DNA of 64,000 nt. Source: Nemertoderma westbladi. Taxonomy: Eukaryota; Animalia; Xenacoelomorpha. Location of the stretch: the NCBI GenBank assembly GCA_032718475.1, contig JAUCBJ010005741.1:1-64000 (forward strand). Reading direction: 5' to 3'. Below, one piece after another: positions 50,801 through 64,000 of the stretch; positions within the stretch are counted from its first letter, which is position 1; every line of letters starts with the position of its first letter. The notes beneath the pieces are model-generated. The model was not told the origin of the DNA, ran no database searches, and saw only the letters and a list, made by a program, of their open reading frames with translations. A program made the position numbers and the translations under genes.

Positions 50801-53800
50801 TGCTGGACTCTTCACACATAGAAACTTGTTTCTGCAACTTGTTGCTGGACTCTTCACACACAGAAACTTGTTTCTGAAACTGTTGCTGGACTCCTCACAC
50901 ACAGAAACTTGTTTCTGCAACTTGTTGCTGGACTCTTCACACACAGAAACTTGTTTCTGAAACTGTTGTTGGACTCTTCACACACAGAAACTTGTTTCTG
51001 GAACTTGTTGCTGGACTCCTCACATACAGAAACTTGTTTCTGCTACTTGTTGCTGGACTCCTCATATACAGAAACTTGTTTCTGGAACTTGTTGCTGGAC
51101 TCTTCACACACAGAAACTTGTTTCTGAAACTGTTGCTGGACTCCTCACACACAGAAACTTGTTTCTGCAACTTGTTGTTGGACTCTTCACACACAGAAAC
51201 TTGTTTCTGAAACTGTTGCTGGACTCTTCACACACAGAAACTTGTTTCTGGAACTTGTTGCTGGACTCCTCACATACAGAAACTTGTTTCTGCTACTTGT
51301 TGCTGGACTCCTCACACACAGAAACTTGTTTCTGAAACTGTTGCTGGACTCTTCACACACAGAAACTTGTTTCTGCAACTTGTTGTTGGACTCTTCACAC
51401 ACAGAAACTTGTTTCTGAAACTGTTGCTGGACTCCTCACATACAGAAACTCTTGTTTCTGCAACTTGTTGCTGGACTCCTCACACACAGAAACTTGTTTC
51501 TGCAACTTGTTGCTGGACTCTTCACACACAGAAAGTTGTGGAACTTGTTGCTGGACTCCTCACATACAGAAACTCTTGTTTCTGCAACTTGTTGCTGGAC
51601 TCCTCACACACAGAAACTTGTTTCTGAAACTGTTGCTGGATTCCTCACACACAGAAACTTGTTTCTGCAACTTGTTGCTGGACTCCTCACACACAGAAAC
51701 TTGTTTCTGAAACTGTTGCTGGATTCCTCACACACAGAAACTTGTTTCTGCAACTTGTTGCTGGACTCCTCACATACAGAAACTTGTTTCTGGAACTTGT
51801 TGCTGGACTCCTCACACACAGAAACTTGTTTCTGAAACTGTTGCTGGACTCTTCACACACAGAAACTTGTTTCTGGAAATTGTTGCTGGACTCCTCACAT
51901 ACAGAAACTTGTTTCTGCAACTTGTTGCTGGACTCCTCACACACAGAAACTTGTTTCTGCAACTTGTTGTTGGACTCTTCACACACAGAAACTTGTTTCT
52001 GAAACTGTTGCTGGACTCCTCACATACAGAAACTCTTGTTTCTGCAACTTGTTACTGGACTCTTCACACACAGAAAGTTGTGGAACTTGTTGCTGGACTC
52101 CTCACATACAGAAACTCTTGTTTCTGCAACTTGTTGCTGGACTCCTCACACACAGAAACTTGTTTCTGAAACTGTTGCTGGATTCCTCACACACAGAAAC
52201 TTGTTTCTGCAACTTGTTGGTGGACTCTTCACACACAGAAACTTGTTTCTGCAACTTGTTGCTGGACTCTTCACACACAGAAACTTGTGGAAATTGTTGC
52301 TGGACTCCTCACATACAGAAACTTGTTTCTGCAACTTGTTGCTGGACTCTTCGCACACAGAAACTTGTTTCTGCAACTTATTGCTGGACTCCTCACACAC
52401 AGAAACTTGTTTCTGCAACTTGTTGCTGGACTCTTCACACACAGAAACTTGTTTCTGCAACTTGTTGCTGGACTCTTCACACACAGAAACTTGTTTCTGC
52501 TACTTGTTGCTGGACTCTTCACACACAGAAACTTGTGGAAATTGTTGCTGGACTCCTCACATACAGAAACTTGTTTCTGCAACTTGTTGCTGGACTCTTC
52601 ACACACAGAAACTTGTTTCTGCTACTTGTTGCTGGACTCTTCACACACAGAAACTTGTGGAAATTGTTGCTGGACTCCTCACATACAGAAACTTGTTTCT
52701 GCAACTTGTTGCTGGACTCTTCGCACACAGAAACTTGTTTCTGCAACTTATTGCTGGACTCTTCACACACAGAAACTTGTTTCTGCAACTTGTTGGTGGA
52801 CTCTTCACACACAGAAACTTGTTTCTGCAACTTGTTGCTGGACTCTTCACACACAGAAACTTGTTTCTGCAACTTGTTGCTGGACTCTTCACACACAGAA
52901 ACTTGTTTCTGCAACTTGTTGCTGGACTCTTCACACACAGAAAGTTATGGAACTTGTTGCTGGACTCCTCACATACAGAAACTTGTTTCTGAAACTGTTA
53001 CTGGACTCCTCACACATAGAAACTTGTTTCTGAAACTGTTGCTGGACTCCCCACACACAGAAACTTGTTTCTGCAACTTGTTGCTGGACTCCTCACACAC
53101 AGAAACTTGTTTCTGAAACTGTTGCTGGACTCCTCACATACAGAAACTTGTTTCTGCAACTTGTTGCTGGACTCTTCACACACAGAAACTTGTGGAAATT
53201 GTTGCTGGACTCCTCACATACAGAAACTTGTTTCTGCAACTTGTTGCTGGACTCTTCGCACACAGAAACTTGTTTCTGCAACTTATTGCTGGACTCCTCA
53301 CATACAGAAACTTGTTTCTGCAACTTGTTGCTGGACTCTTCACACACAGAAACTTGTTTCTGCAACTTGTTGCTGGACTCTTCACACACAGAATCTTGTT
53401 TCTGCTACTTGTTGCTGGACTCTTCACACACAGAAACTTGTTTCTGCAACTTGTTGCTGGACTCTTCACACACAGAAAGTTGTGGAACTTGTTGCTGGAC
53501 TCTTCACACACAGAAACTTGTTTCTGCAACTTGTTGCTGGACTCTTCACACACAGAATCTTGTTTCTGCTACTTGTTGCTGGACTCTTCACACACAGAAA
53601 CTTGTTTCTGCAACTTGTTGCTGGACTCTTCACACACAGAAAGTTGTGGAACTTGTTGCTGGACTCTTCACACACAGAAACTTGTTTCTGCAACTTGTTG
53701 CTGGACTCTTCACACACAGAATCTTGTTTCTGCTACTTGTTGCTGGACTCTTCACACACAGAAACTTGTTTCTGCAACTTGTTGCTGGACTCTTCACACA

Positions 53801-56800
53801 CAGAAAGTTGTGGAACTTGTTGCTGGACTCTTCACACACAGAAACTTGTTTCTGCAACTTGTTGCTGGACTCTTCACACACAGAATCTTGTTTCTGCTAC
53901 TTGTTGCTGGACTCTTCACACACAGAAACTTGTTTCTGCAACTTGTTGCTGGACTCTTCACACACAGAATCTTGTTTCTGCAACTTATTGCTGGACTCCT
54001 CACATACAGAAACTTGTTTCTGCAACTTGTTGCTGGACTCTTCACACACAGAAACTTGTTTCTGCAACTTGTTGCTGGACTCTTCACACACAGAATCTTG
54101 TTTCTGCTACTTGTTGCTGGACTCTTCACACACAGAAACTTGTTTCTGCAACTTGTTGCTGGACTCTTCACACACAGAAAGTTGTGGAACTTGTTGCTGG
54201 ACTCTTCACACACAGAAACTTGTTTCTGCAACTTGTTGCTGGACTCTTCACACACAGAATCTTGTTTCTGCTACTTGTTGCTGGACTCTTCACACACAGA
54301 AACTTGTTTCTGCAACTTGTTGCTGGACTCTTCACACACAGAAAGTTGTGGAACTTGTTGCTGGACTCCTCACATACAGAAACTTGTTTCTGAAACTGTT
54401 GCTGGACTCTTCACACATAGAAACTTGTTTCTGCAACTTGTTGCTGGACTCCTCACACACAGAAACTTGTTTCTGCAACTTGTTGCTGGACTCCTCACAC
54501 ACAGAAACTTGTTTCTGCAACTTGTTGCTGGACTCTTCACACACAGAAACTTGTGGAAATTGTTGCTGGACTCCTCACATACAGAAACTTGTTTCTGCAC
54601 GTTGTTGCTGGACTCTTCACACACAGAAACTTGTTTCTGCAACTTGTTGCTGGACTCTTCACACACAGAAACTTGTGGAAATTGTTGCTGGACTCCTCAC
54701 ATACAGAAACTTGTTTCTGCACGTTGTTGCTGGACTCTTCACACACAGAAACTTGTTTCTGCAACTTGTTGCTGGACTCTTCACACACAGAATCTTGTTT
54801 CTGCTACTTGTTGCTGGACTCTTCACACACAGAAACTTGTTTCTGCAACTTGTTGCTGGACTCTTCACACACAGAAAGTTGTGGAACTTGTTGCTGGACT
54901 CTTCACACACAGAAACTTGTTTCTGCAACTTGTTGCTGGACTCTTCACACACAGAATCTTGTTTCTGCTACTTGTTGCTGGACTCTTCACACACAGAAAC
55001 TTGTTTCTGCAACTTGTTGCTGGACTCTTCACACACAGAAAGTTGTGGAACTTGTTGCTGGACTCCTCACATACAGAAACTTGTTTCTGAAACTGTTGCT
55101 GGACTCTTCACACATAGAAACTTGTTTCTGCAACTTGTTGCTGGACTCTTCACACACAGAAAGTTGTGGAACTTGTTGCTGGACTCTTCACACACAGAAA
55201 CTTGTTTCTGCAACTTGTTGCTGGACTCTTCACACACAGAATCTTGTTTCTGCTACTTGTTGCTGGACTCTTCACACACAGAAACTTGTTTCTGCAACTT
55301 GTTGCTGGACTCTTCACACACAGAAACGTTGTGGAACTTGTTGCTGGACTCCTCACATACAGAAACTTGTTTCTGAAACTGTTGCTGGACTCTTCACACA
55401 TAGAAACTTGTTTCTGCAACTTGTTGCTGGACTCTTCACACACAGAAACTTGTGGAAATTGTTGCTGGACTCCTCACACACAGAAACTTGTTTCTGCAAC
55501 TTGTTGCTGGACTCTTCACACACAGAAAGTTGTGGAACTTGTTGCTGGACTCCTCACATACAGAAACTTGTTTCTGAAACTGTTGCTGGACTCTTCACAC
55601 ATAGAAACTTGTTTCTGCAACTTGTTGCCGGACTCTTCACACACAGAAACTTGTGGAACTTGTTGCTGGACTCCTCACATACAGAAACTCTTGTTTCTGC
55701 AACTTGTTGCTGGACTCCTCACATACAGAAACTTGTTTCTGCAACTTGTTGCTGGACTCTTCACACACAGAAAGTTGTGGAACTTGTTGCTGGACTCCTC
55801 ACATACAGAAACTTGTTTCTGAAACTGTTGCTGGACTCTTCACACATAGAAACTTGTTTCTGGAACTTGTTGCTGGACTCCTCACACACAGAAACTTGTT
55901 TCTGCAACTTGTTGCTGGACTCTTCACACACAGAAACTTGTGGAAATTGTTGCTGGACTCCTCACATACAGAAACTTGTTTCTGCAACTTGTTGCTGGAC
56001 TCTTCGCACACAGAAACTTGTTTCTGCAACTTATTGCTGGACTCCTCACATACAGAAACTTGTTTCTGCAACTTGTTGCTGGACTCTTCACACACAGAAA
56101 CTTGTTTCTGCAACTTGTTGCTGGACTCTTCACACACAGAATCTTGTTTCTGCTACTTGTTGCTGGACTCTTCACACACAGAATCTTGTTTCTGCTACTT
56201 GTTGCTGGACTCTTCACACACAGAAACTTGTTTCTGCAACTTGTTGCTGGACTCTTCACACACAGAAAGTTGTGGAACTTGTTGCTGGACTCTTCACACA
56301 CAGAAACTTGTTTCTGCAACTTGTTGCTGGACTCTTCACACACAGAATCTTGTTTCTGCTACTTGTTGCTGGACTCTTCACACACAGAAACTTGTTTCTG
56401 CAACTTGTTGCTGGACTCTTCACACACAGAAAGTTGTGGAACTTGTTGCTGGACTCCTCACATACAGAAACTTGTTTCTGAAACTGTTGCTGGACTCTTC
56501 ACACATAGAAACTTGTTTCTGCAACTTGTTGCTGGACTCTTCACACACAGAAACTTGTGGAAATTGTTGCTGGACTCCTCACATACAGAAACTTGTTTCT
56601 GCACGTTGTTGCTGGACTCTTCACACACAGAAACTTGTTTCTGAAACTGTTGCTGGACTCCTCACACACAGAAACTTGTTTCTGCAACTTGTTGCCGGAC
56701 TCTTCACACACAGAAACTTGTGGAACTTGTTGCTGGACTCCTCACATACAGAAACTCTTGTTTCTGCAACTTGTTGCTGGACTCCTCACATACAGAAACT

Positions 56801-59800
56801 TGTTTATGAAACTGTTGCTGGACTCCTCACACACAGAAACTTGTTTATGAAACTTGTTGCTGGACTCTTCACACACAGAAACTTGTTTATGAAACTGTTG
56901 CTGGACTCCTCACACACAGAAACTTGTTTCTGCAACTTGTTGCTGGACTCTTCGCACACAGAAACTTGTTTCTGCAACTTGTTGCTGGACTCCTCACATA
57001 CAGAAACTTGTTTCTGGAAATTGTTGCTGGACTCCTCACACACAGAAACTTGTTTATGAAACTGTTGTTGGACTCTTCACACACAGAAACTTGTTTATGA
57101 AACTGTTGCTGGACTCCTCACACACAGAAACTTGTTTCTGCAACTTGTTGCTGGACTCTTCGCACACAGAAACTTGTTTCTGCAACTTGTTGCTGGACTC
57201 CTCACATACAGAAACTCTTGTTTCTGCAACTTGTTGCTGGACTCCTCACATACAGAAACTTGTTTATGAAACTGTTGCTGGACTCCTCACACACAGAAAC
57301 TTGTTTATGAAACTGTTGTTGGACTCTTCACACACAGAAACTTGTTTATGAAACTGTTGCTGGACTCCTCACACACAGAAACTTGTTTCTGCAACTTGTT
57401 GCTGGACTCTTCGCACACAGAAACTTGTTTCTGCAACTTGTTGCTGGACTCTTCGCACACAGAAACTTGTTTCTGCAACTTGTTGCTGGACTCCTCACAT
57501 ACAGAAACTTGTTTCTGGAAATTGTTGCTGGACTCCTCACACACAGAAACTTGTTTATGAAACTGTTGCTGGACTCCTCACACACAGAAACTTGTTTCTG
57601 TAACTTGTTGCTGGACTCTTCACACACAGAAACTTGTGGAAATTGTTGCTGGACTCCTCACATACAGAAACTTGTTTCTGCAACTTGTTGCTGGACTCTT
57701 CACACACAGAGACTTGTTTCTGAAACTGTTGCTGGACTCCTCACACACAGAAACTTGTTTCTGCAACTTGTTGCTGGACTCTTCACACACAGAGACTTGT
57801 TTCTGAAACTGTTGCTGGACTCCTCACACACAGAAACTTGTTTCTGCAACTTGTTTCTGGACTCTTCACACACAGAAACTTGTGGAAATTGTTGCTGGAC
57901 TCCTCACATACATAAACTTGTTTCTGCACGTTGTTGCTGGACTCTTCACACACAGAGACTTGTTTCTGAAACTGTTGCTGGACTCCTCACACACAGAAAC
58001 TTGTTTCTGCAACTTGTTGCTGGACTCTTCACACACAGAAACTTGTGGAAATTGTTGCTGGACTCCTCACACACAGAAACTTGTTTCTGCAACTTGTTGC
58101 TGGACTCTTCACACACAGAGACTTGTTTCTGAAACTGTTGCTGGACTCCTCACACACATAAACTTGTTTCTGCAACTTGTTGCTGGACTCTTCACACACA
58201 GAGACTTGTTTCTGAAACTGTTGCTGGACTCTTCACACACAGAGACTTGTTTCTGAAACTGTTGCTGGTCTCCTCACACACAGAAACTTGTTTCTGCAAC
58301 TTGTTGCTGGACTCTTCACACACAGAAACTTGTGGAAATTGTTGCTGGACTCCTCACATACAGAAACTTGTTTCTGCAACTTGTTGCTGGACTCCTCACA
58401 CACAGAAACTTGTTTCTGCAACTTGTTGCTGGACTCTTCACATACAGAAACTTGTTTCTGAAACTGTTACTGGACTCCTCACACACAGAAACTTGTTTCT
58501 GAAACTGTTGCTGGACTCCTCACACACAGAAACTTGTTTCTGCAACTTGTTACTGGACTCTTCACACACAGAAACTTGTGGAACTTGTTGCTGGACTCCT
58601 CACATACAGAAACTTGTTTCTGAAACTGTTACTGGACTCCTCACACACAGAAACTTGTTTCTGAAACTGTTACTGGACTCCTCACACACAGAAACTTGTT
58701 TCTGAAACTGTTGCTGGACTCCTCACACACAGAAACTTGTTTCTGCAACTTGTTGCTGGACTCTTCACACACAGAAACTTGTGGAAATTGTTGCTGGACT
58801 CCTCACATACAGAAACTTGTTTCTGCAACTTGTTGCTGGACTCTTCACACACAGAGACTTGTTTCTGAAACTGTTGCTGGACTCCTCACACACAGAAACT
58901 TGTTTCTGCAACTTGTTACTGGACTCTTCACACACAGAAACTTGTGGAACTTGTTGCTGGACTCCTCACATACAGAAACTTGTTTCTGAAACTGTTACTG
59001 GACTCCTCACACACAGAAACTTGTTTCTGAAACTGTTGCTGGACTCCTCACACAAAGAAACTTGTTTCTGCAACTTGTTGCTGGACTCTTCACACACAGA
59101 AACTTGTTTCTGCAACTTGTTGGTGGACTCTTCACACACAGAAACTTGTTTCTGCAACTTGTTGCTGGACTCTTCACACACAGAAACTTGTGGAACTTGT
59201 TGCTGGACTCGTCACATACAGAAACTCTTGTTTCAGCAACTTGTTGGTGGACTCTTCACACACAGAAACTTGTTTCTGCAACTTGTTGCTGGACTCTTCA
59301 CACACAGAAACTTGTTTCTGCAACTTGTTGCTGGACTCCTCACACACAGAAACTTGTTTCTGCAACTTGTTGCTGGACTCCTCACACACAGAAACTTGTT
59401 TCTGCAACTTGTTGCTGGACTCCTCACACACAGAAACTTGTTTCTGCAACTTGTTGCTGGACTCTTCACACACAGAAACTTGTTTCTGCAACTTGTTGCT
59501 GGACTCTTCACACACAGAAACTTGTTTCTGCAACTTGTTGCTGGACTCCTCACACACAGAAACTTGTTTCTGCAACTTGTTGCTGGACTCCTCACACACA
59601 GAAACTTGTTTCTGCAACTTGTTGCTGGACTCCTCACACACAGAAACTTGTTTCTGCAACTTGTTGCTGGACTCTTCACACACAGAAACTTGTTTCTGCA
59701 ACTTGTTGCTGGACTCTTCACACACAGAAACTTGTTTCTGCAACTTGTTGCTGGACTCCTCACACACAGAAACTTGTTTCTGCAACTTGTTGCTGGACTC

Positions 59801-61815
59801 TTCACACACAGAAACTTGTTTCTGCAACTTGTTGCTGGACTCCTCACACACAGAAACTTGTTTCTGCAACTTGTTGCTGGACTCCTCACACACAGAAACT
59901 TGTTTCTGCAACTTGTTGCTGGACTCCTCACACACAGAAACTTGTTTCTGCAACTTGTTGCTGGACTCTTCACACACAGAAACTTGTTTCTGCAACTTGT
60001 TGCTGGACTCCTCACACACAGAAACTTGTTTCTGCAACTTGTTGCTGGACTCTTCACACACAGAAACTTGTTTCTGCAACTTGTTGCTGGACTCCTCACA
60101 CACAGAAACTTGTTTCTGCAACTTGTTGCTGGACTCCTCACACACAGAAACTTGTTTCTGCAACTTGTTGCTGGACTCCTCACACACAGAAACTTGTTTC
60201 TGCAACTTGTTGCTGGACTCTTCACACACAGAAACTTGTTTCTGCAACTTGTTGCTGGACTCTTCACACACAGAAACTTGTTTCTGCAACTTGTTGCTGG
60301 ACTCCTCACACACAGAAACTTGTTTCTGCAACTTGTTGCTGGACTCCTCACACACAGAAACTTGTTTCTGCAACTTGTTGCTGGACTCCTCACACACAGA
60401 AACTTGTTTCTGCAACTTGTTGCTGGACTCTTCACACACAGAAACTTGTTTCTGCTACTTGTTGCTGGACTCTTCACACACAGAAACTTGTTTCTGGAAC
60501 TTGTTGCTGGACTCCTCACACACAGAAACTTGTTTCTGGAACTTGTTACTGGACTCTTCACACACATGGACTCATCACACACAGTAACTTGTTTCTGCAA
60601 CTTGTAGCCGGACTGACTCCTCAAACGCGGGAAACATGTTTCTGCAATTTGTTGCTGGACTCTTCACACACAGAAACTTGTTTCTGCAACTTGTTGCTGG
60701 ACTCCTCAAACGCGGGAAACATGTTTCTGCAACATGTTTCTGCAACTTGTTGCTGGACTCTTCACACAAAAACATGTTTCTGCAACTTGTTGCAATAATG
60801 GAAAAACAACCAACTTATTGTTTATTCGGGTCGAGGCCCGACTGCTGCAGTAATTTTTTGAGAATAATATTAAGTAAAAGTTTCATCTGATATTATCAAG
60901 TGTGTTTTCGTAGTAAGATCCGTTGTGTAACGCATTTCATCCCTGCATACCCCATTAGAAAAGCTATGAGGGCTAGTCATTGCTGGACTCCTCACACACA
61001 GAAATTTGTTTCTGAAACTGTTGCTGGACTCTTCACACACATGGACTCCTCACATACAGAAACTCTTGTTTCTGCAACTTGTTGCTGGACTCTTGACACA
61101 CAGAAACTTGTGGAAATTTTTGTTGGACTCCTCACATACAGAAACTTGTTGCTGGACTCTTCACACACAGAGACTTATTTCTGAAACTGTTGCTGGACAC
61201 CTCACATACAGAAACTTGTTTCTGCAACTTGTTGCTGGACTCTACACACACAGCAACTTGTGGAACTTGTTGCTGGAATCCTCACATCAGAAACTCTTGT
61301 TTCTGGAACTTGTTGCTGGACTCCTCACACACAGAAACTTGTTTCTGAAACTGTTGCTGGACTCCTCACACACAGAAACTTGTTTCTGCAACTTGTTGCT
61401 GGACTCTTCACACACAGAAACTTGTGGAAATTGTTGCTGGACTCTTCACACACAGAAACTTGTTTCTGCTACTTGTTGCTGGACTCTTCACACACAGAGA
61501 CTTGTTTCTGAAACTGTTGATGGACTCCTCACACACAGAAACTTGTTTCTGCAACTTGTTGCTGGACTCTTCACACACAGAAACTTGTTTCTGGAAATTG
61601 TTGCTGGACTCCTCACATACAGAAACTTGTTTCTGGAACTTGTTACTGGACTCTTCACACACATGGACTCATCACACACAGTAACTTGTTTCTGCAACTT
61701 GTAGCCGGACTGACTCCTCAAACGCGGGAAACATGTTTCTGCAACTTGTTGCTGGACTCTTCACACAAAAACATGTTTCTGCAACTTGTTGCTGGACTCT
61801 TCACACAACAGAAAC
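41826..61815. repeat. 42-bp satellite B (38-44-bp variants, roughly 460 units) arranged as three macro-cassettes
   Basis: Unit GAAACTTGTTTCTGCAACTTGTTGCTGGACTCTTCACACACA. A unique ~185-bp leader occurs at 41826, 44509 and 60794. Confidence 0.98.
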
Positions 61816-62176
61816 TTCATAAATAATATAAAATTAATATTTTCAAATGCATGCTCTACTGTATAACAGTCGTTTTTCACTTGTGACGTCTTGAAGTACA
61901 GTATAATTAACACTAAAAAGGCCAGACTTTGACTACCCCTAGAAAGGCCGTGGGTGTCAATTTTGACACACACTATTATTAAGTTAAAATTGTCTGACTA
62001 TTCGAGCCATATTATTCACAATATAGCACCCAAACCTCAGAACATCAGTTGAGCCTAATATGAGTCATAACAACATCTTTGCGGTATAGCATGATGGATT
62101 ATGCTATACATAGCACAATGTAGCTTATTGGCTATATACATACTAGTCTATCAACATCAGACCACTATAATTTCCG

Positions 62177-63300
62177 TTAACCCTATTAAACCCGGGGGGG
62201 TGGGGTCAATATGACCCCCCCCCCAGTGGTTTTTTTATTATAATTCTGAAACAAACGCAGTTGGGAATCTGAAATTTTATGACTTTTCCTAAAAATCTAT
62301 TGTCTTCCTAGTAGTGAAAACCGTTTTCAAAAATATTGGGTAGTTTTCGAGTTATAGCACCATTTTTTAACCCTACTTTTGGCACTTTTTTTGAGACGTT
62401 TTTTGAAAATTACAGTTCATTAAATATGATTTGTAACATCTCTATTTTTGATTTACACCGGTTTTTTGGTGTTAGCAATTGGATGGAATTCATATAAATT
62501 GATTTAGAAATTTCAAACTTGTTTTTTTCAGCGGGTGCCAAATTTTGGTGCCAGCACCAAATTTTGAAATATGTCAATTTTGTAAATTGATTGTTTGAAA
62601 CTTGTTTTTTACGCAATTGGGGTTTTTTGGGGTTCTGGTTTCGATGAAATATATACGAGTTGCACCAAGCGTATCAAACTTGTATTTTTCGTTGCTGTGT
62701 GCAAATTTTGGTGCTAGCACGAAATTTTGAAAATCCATTCAATAGATAAAATTGCTTGTGACAATTTATTTCTTGCATTTTAGAGGTTTATGGGTGTTCT
62801 GAATTCAATGGAATATATAATTATCGAACTAGACATCTCAAACTTGTATTTTTCGGAAGTGGGTGCAAAATCTGGTGCTAGCACCAAATTTTGAAAACCA
62901 TCAAATATATCAATTGATTGTGTCATCTTGTTTCTTGCGTTATACGGGTTTGTTAAGGTTCTGAATTCAATGGAATCAGTAAAAATTTCATAAGAGTTTT
63001 CAAACTTGTATTTTTCGCCGGTGGGTGAAAATTGTTGTGCCAGCACCAAATTTTGGAAAATGAGTAAATTGATCAGTAGATAGTATCATTTTGTTTCTTG
63101 CGTAATACGGGTTTATGAGAGTCCTGAATCCGATGGAATCAATAAAAACAGCAATGGACATCGCAAACTTGTACTTTTTGGTGATGGGTACGAAATTTGG
63201 TGCTAGCACCAAAATTTGCCAAATTACGCCGAAAAATACACGTAGCAATGATCTGGCATATTTGAAATGTATTCCATTAGAATCAGCGCCCTAGAAAACC
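62177..63300. mobile_element. Probable non-autonomous DNA element starting TTAA|CCCT, containing ~5 degenerate ~162-bp repeats
   Basis: CAAACTTGT recurs near 62514, 62675, 62838, 63001 and 63164, each followed by the palindrome-like TGGTGCTAGCACCA. The right end was not identified. Confidence 0.5.
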
Positions 63301-63660
63301 TGAAAATGCGAATTTATAGCATCGTATAAGTGAATTAAAAATTTTGTGTTCTAACTGAAAAGTGCTGGTTACTTGTTTTTTTCATTTTTTTCCTAAGCAT
63401 AGAGGTCTAAACAGCCATTTATGGTAATCATATCATTTTTAAATATTTTCCAATGTATTTTGCGCCCCAGAAAACCTGTATTGAAAAACAATTAGCCGAA
63501 AAATGTAACTTTCAAATTTTGTGAAAATTGTGCACTATTGGTGCTGCAATATTACCACCCCAGTACATTTTGTAATTGTACATTTTGTAATTTAATGATG
63601 TAATTTACATGTAATTACAATGTACAGTATAATCCAATGTAAATTAATGTATAAAAGCTT

Positions 63661-63864
63661 CAATATTATTGTATCTATACAAGTGTACCCTAAGCACTAA
63701 TGTGTCCGGGATCCGGGTTTTATAGGGCTATAAAGTACAGCAGTACATAGGAGACAAGCAAATATTATTGTATCTACACAAGTGTACCCTAAGCACTAAT
63801 GCGTCCGGGATCCGGGTTTTATAGGGCTATAAAGTACAGCAGTACAGAGGAGACAAGCAAATAT
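63661..63864. repeat. ~100-bp tandem duplication
   Basis: AATATTATTGTATCTA..CCGGGATCCGGG..GGAGACAAGCA occurs twice. Confidence 0.9.
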
Positions 63865-64000
63865 GTATTTGAGGAACGTAAAAAAAGTTATACAAAAATG
63901 AATTTAGCTTTGGGGTATTTGTATTTTATACTAAAGGTGTACAGTAGGTCTGGTGGTCTTCGTCATATTTGAATATATTTTTATGATAAATTACTAGGGG

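Noticed and set aside
41902-61721. Hundreds of overlapping ORFs (LLLDSSHTETCF, CEESSNKLQKQ)
   Set aside because: Satellite translation. Frequent 38-, 41- and 44-bp units break the frame.
1909-61800. Two large satellites both have 42-bp units (4 helical turns)
   Set aside because: No alignable homology between the units. With many arrays present, equal length may be coincidence.

Overview
AT-rich invertebrate (non-vertebrate metazoan) genomic DNA, roughly 60% tandem repeat. Nearly all long ORFs in the supplied track are artefacts of satellite periodicity. Real coding content: an intact intronless Nanchung/OCR-type TRPV channel (16854-19169, -), an intact intronless CpG-rich ATAD1/Msp1-type AAA+ ATPase (26870-28093, -), and three short paralogous + strand terminal exons (10589, 11406, 14993) that each encode the end of TM4 plus a different cytoplasmic tail of a CD63-like tetraspanin. 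Two of these exons are missed by the ORF track. Mobile DNA: three RTE-type LINE relics, an L2/CR1-group LINE inserted in a minisatellite, a non-autonomous hAT element (8-bp TSD) carrying a nested foldback/Mutator-like element (9-bp TSD) whose arm repeat has expanded into a minisatellite, and further MITE-like pieces. A 20-kb 42-bp satellite is organised as three leader+array+end-block cassettes. No CRISPR, rRNA or intact tRNA seen. Family assignments are by motif recognition only; no searches were run.
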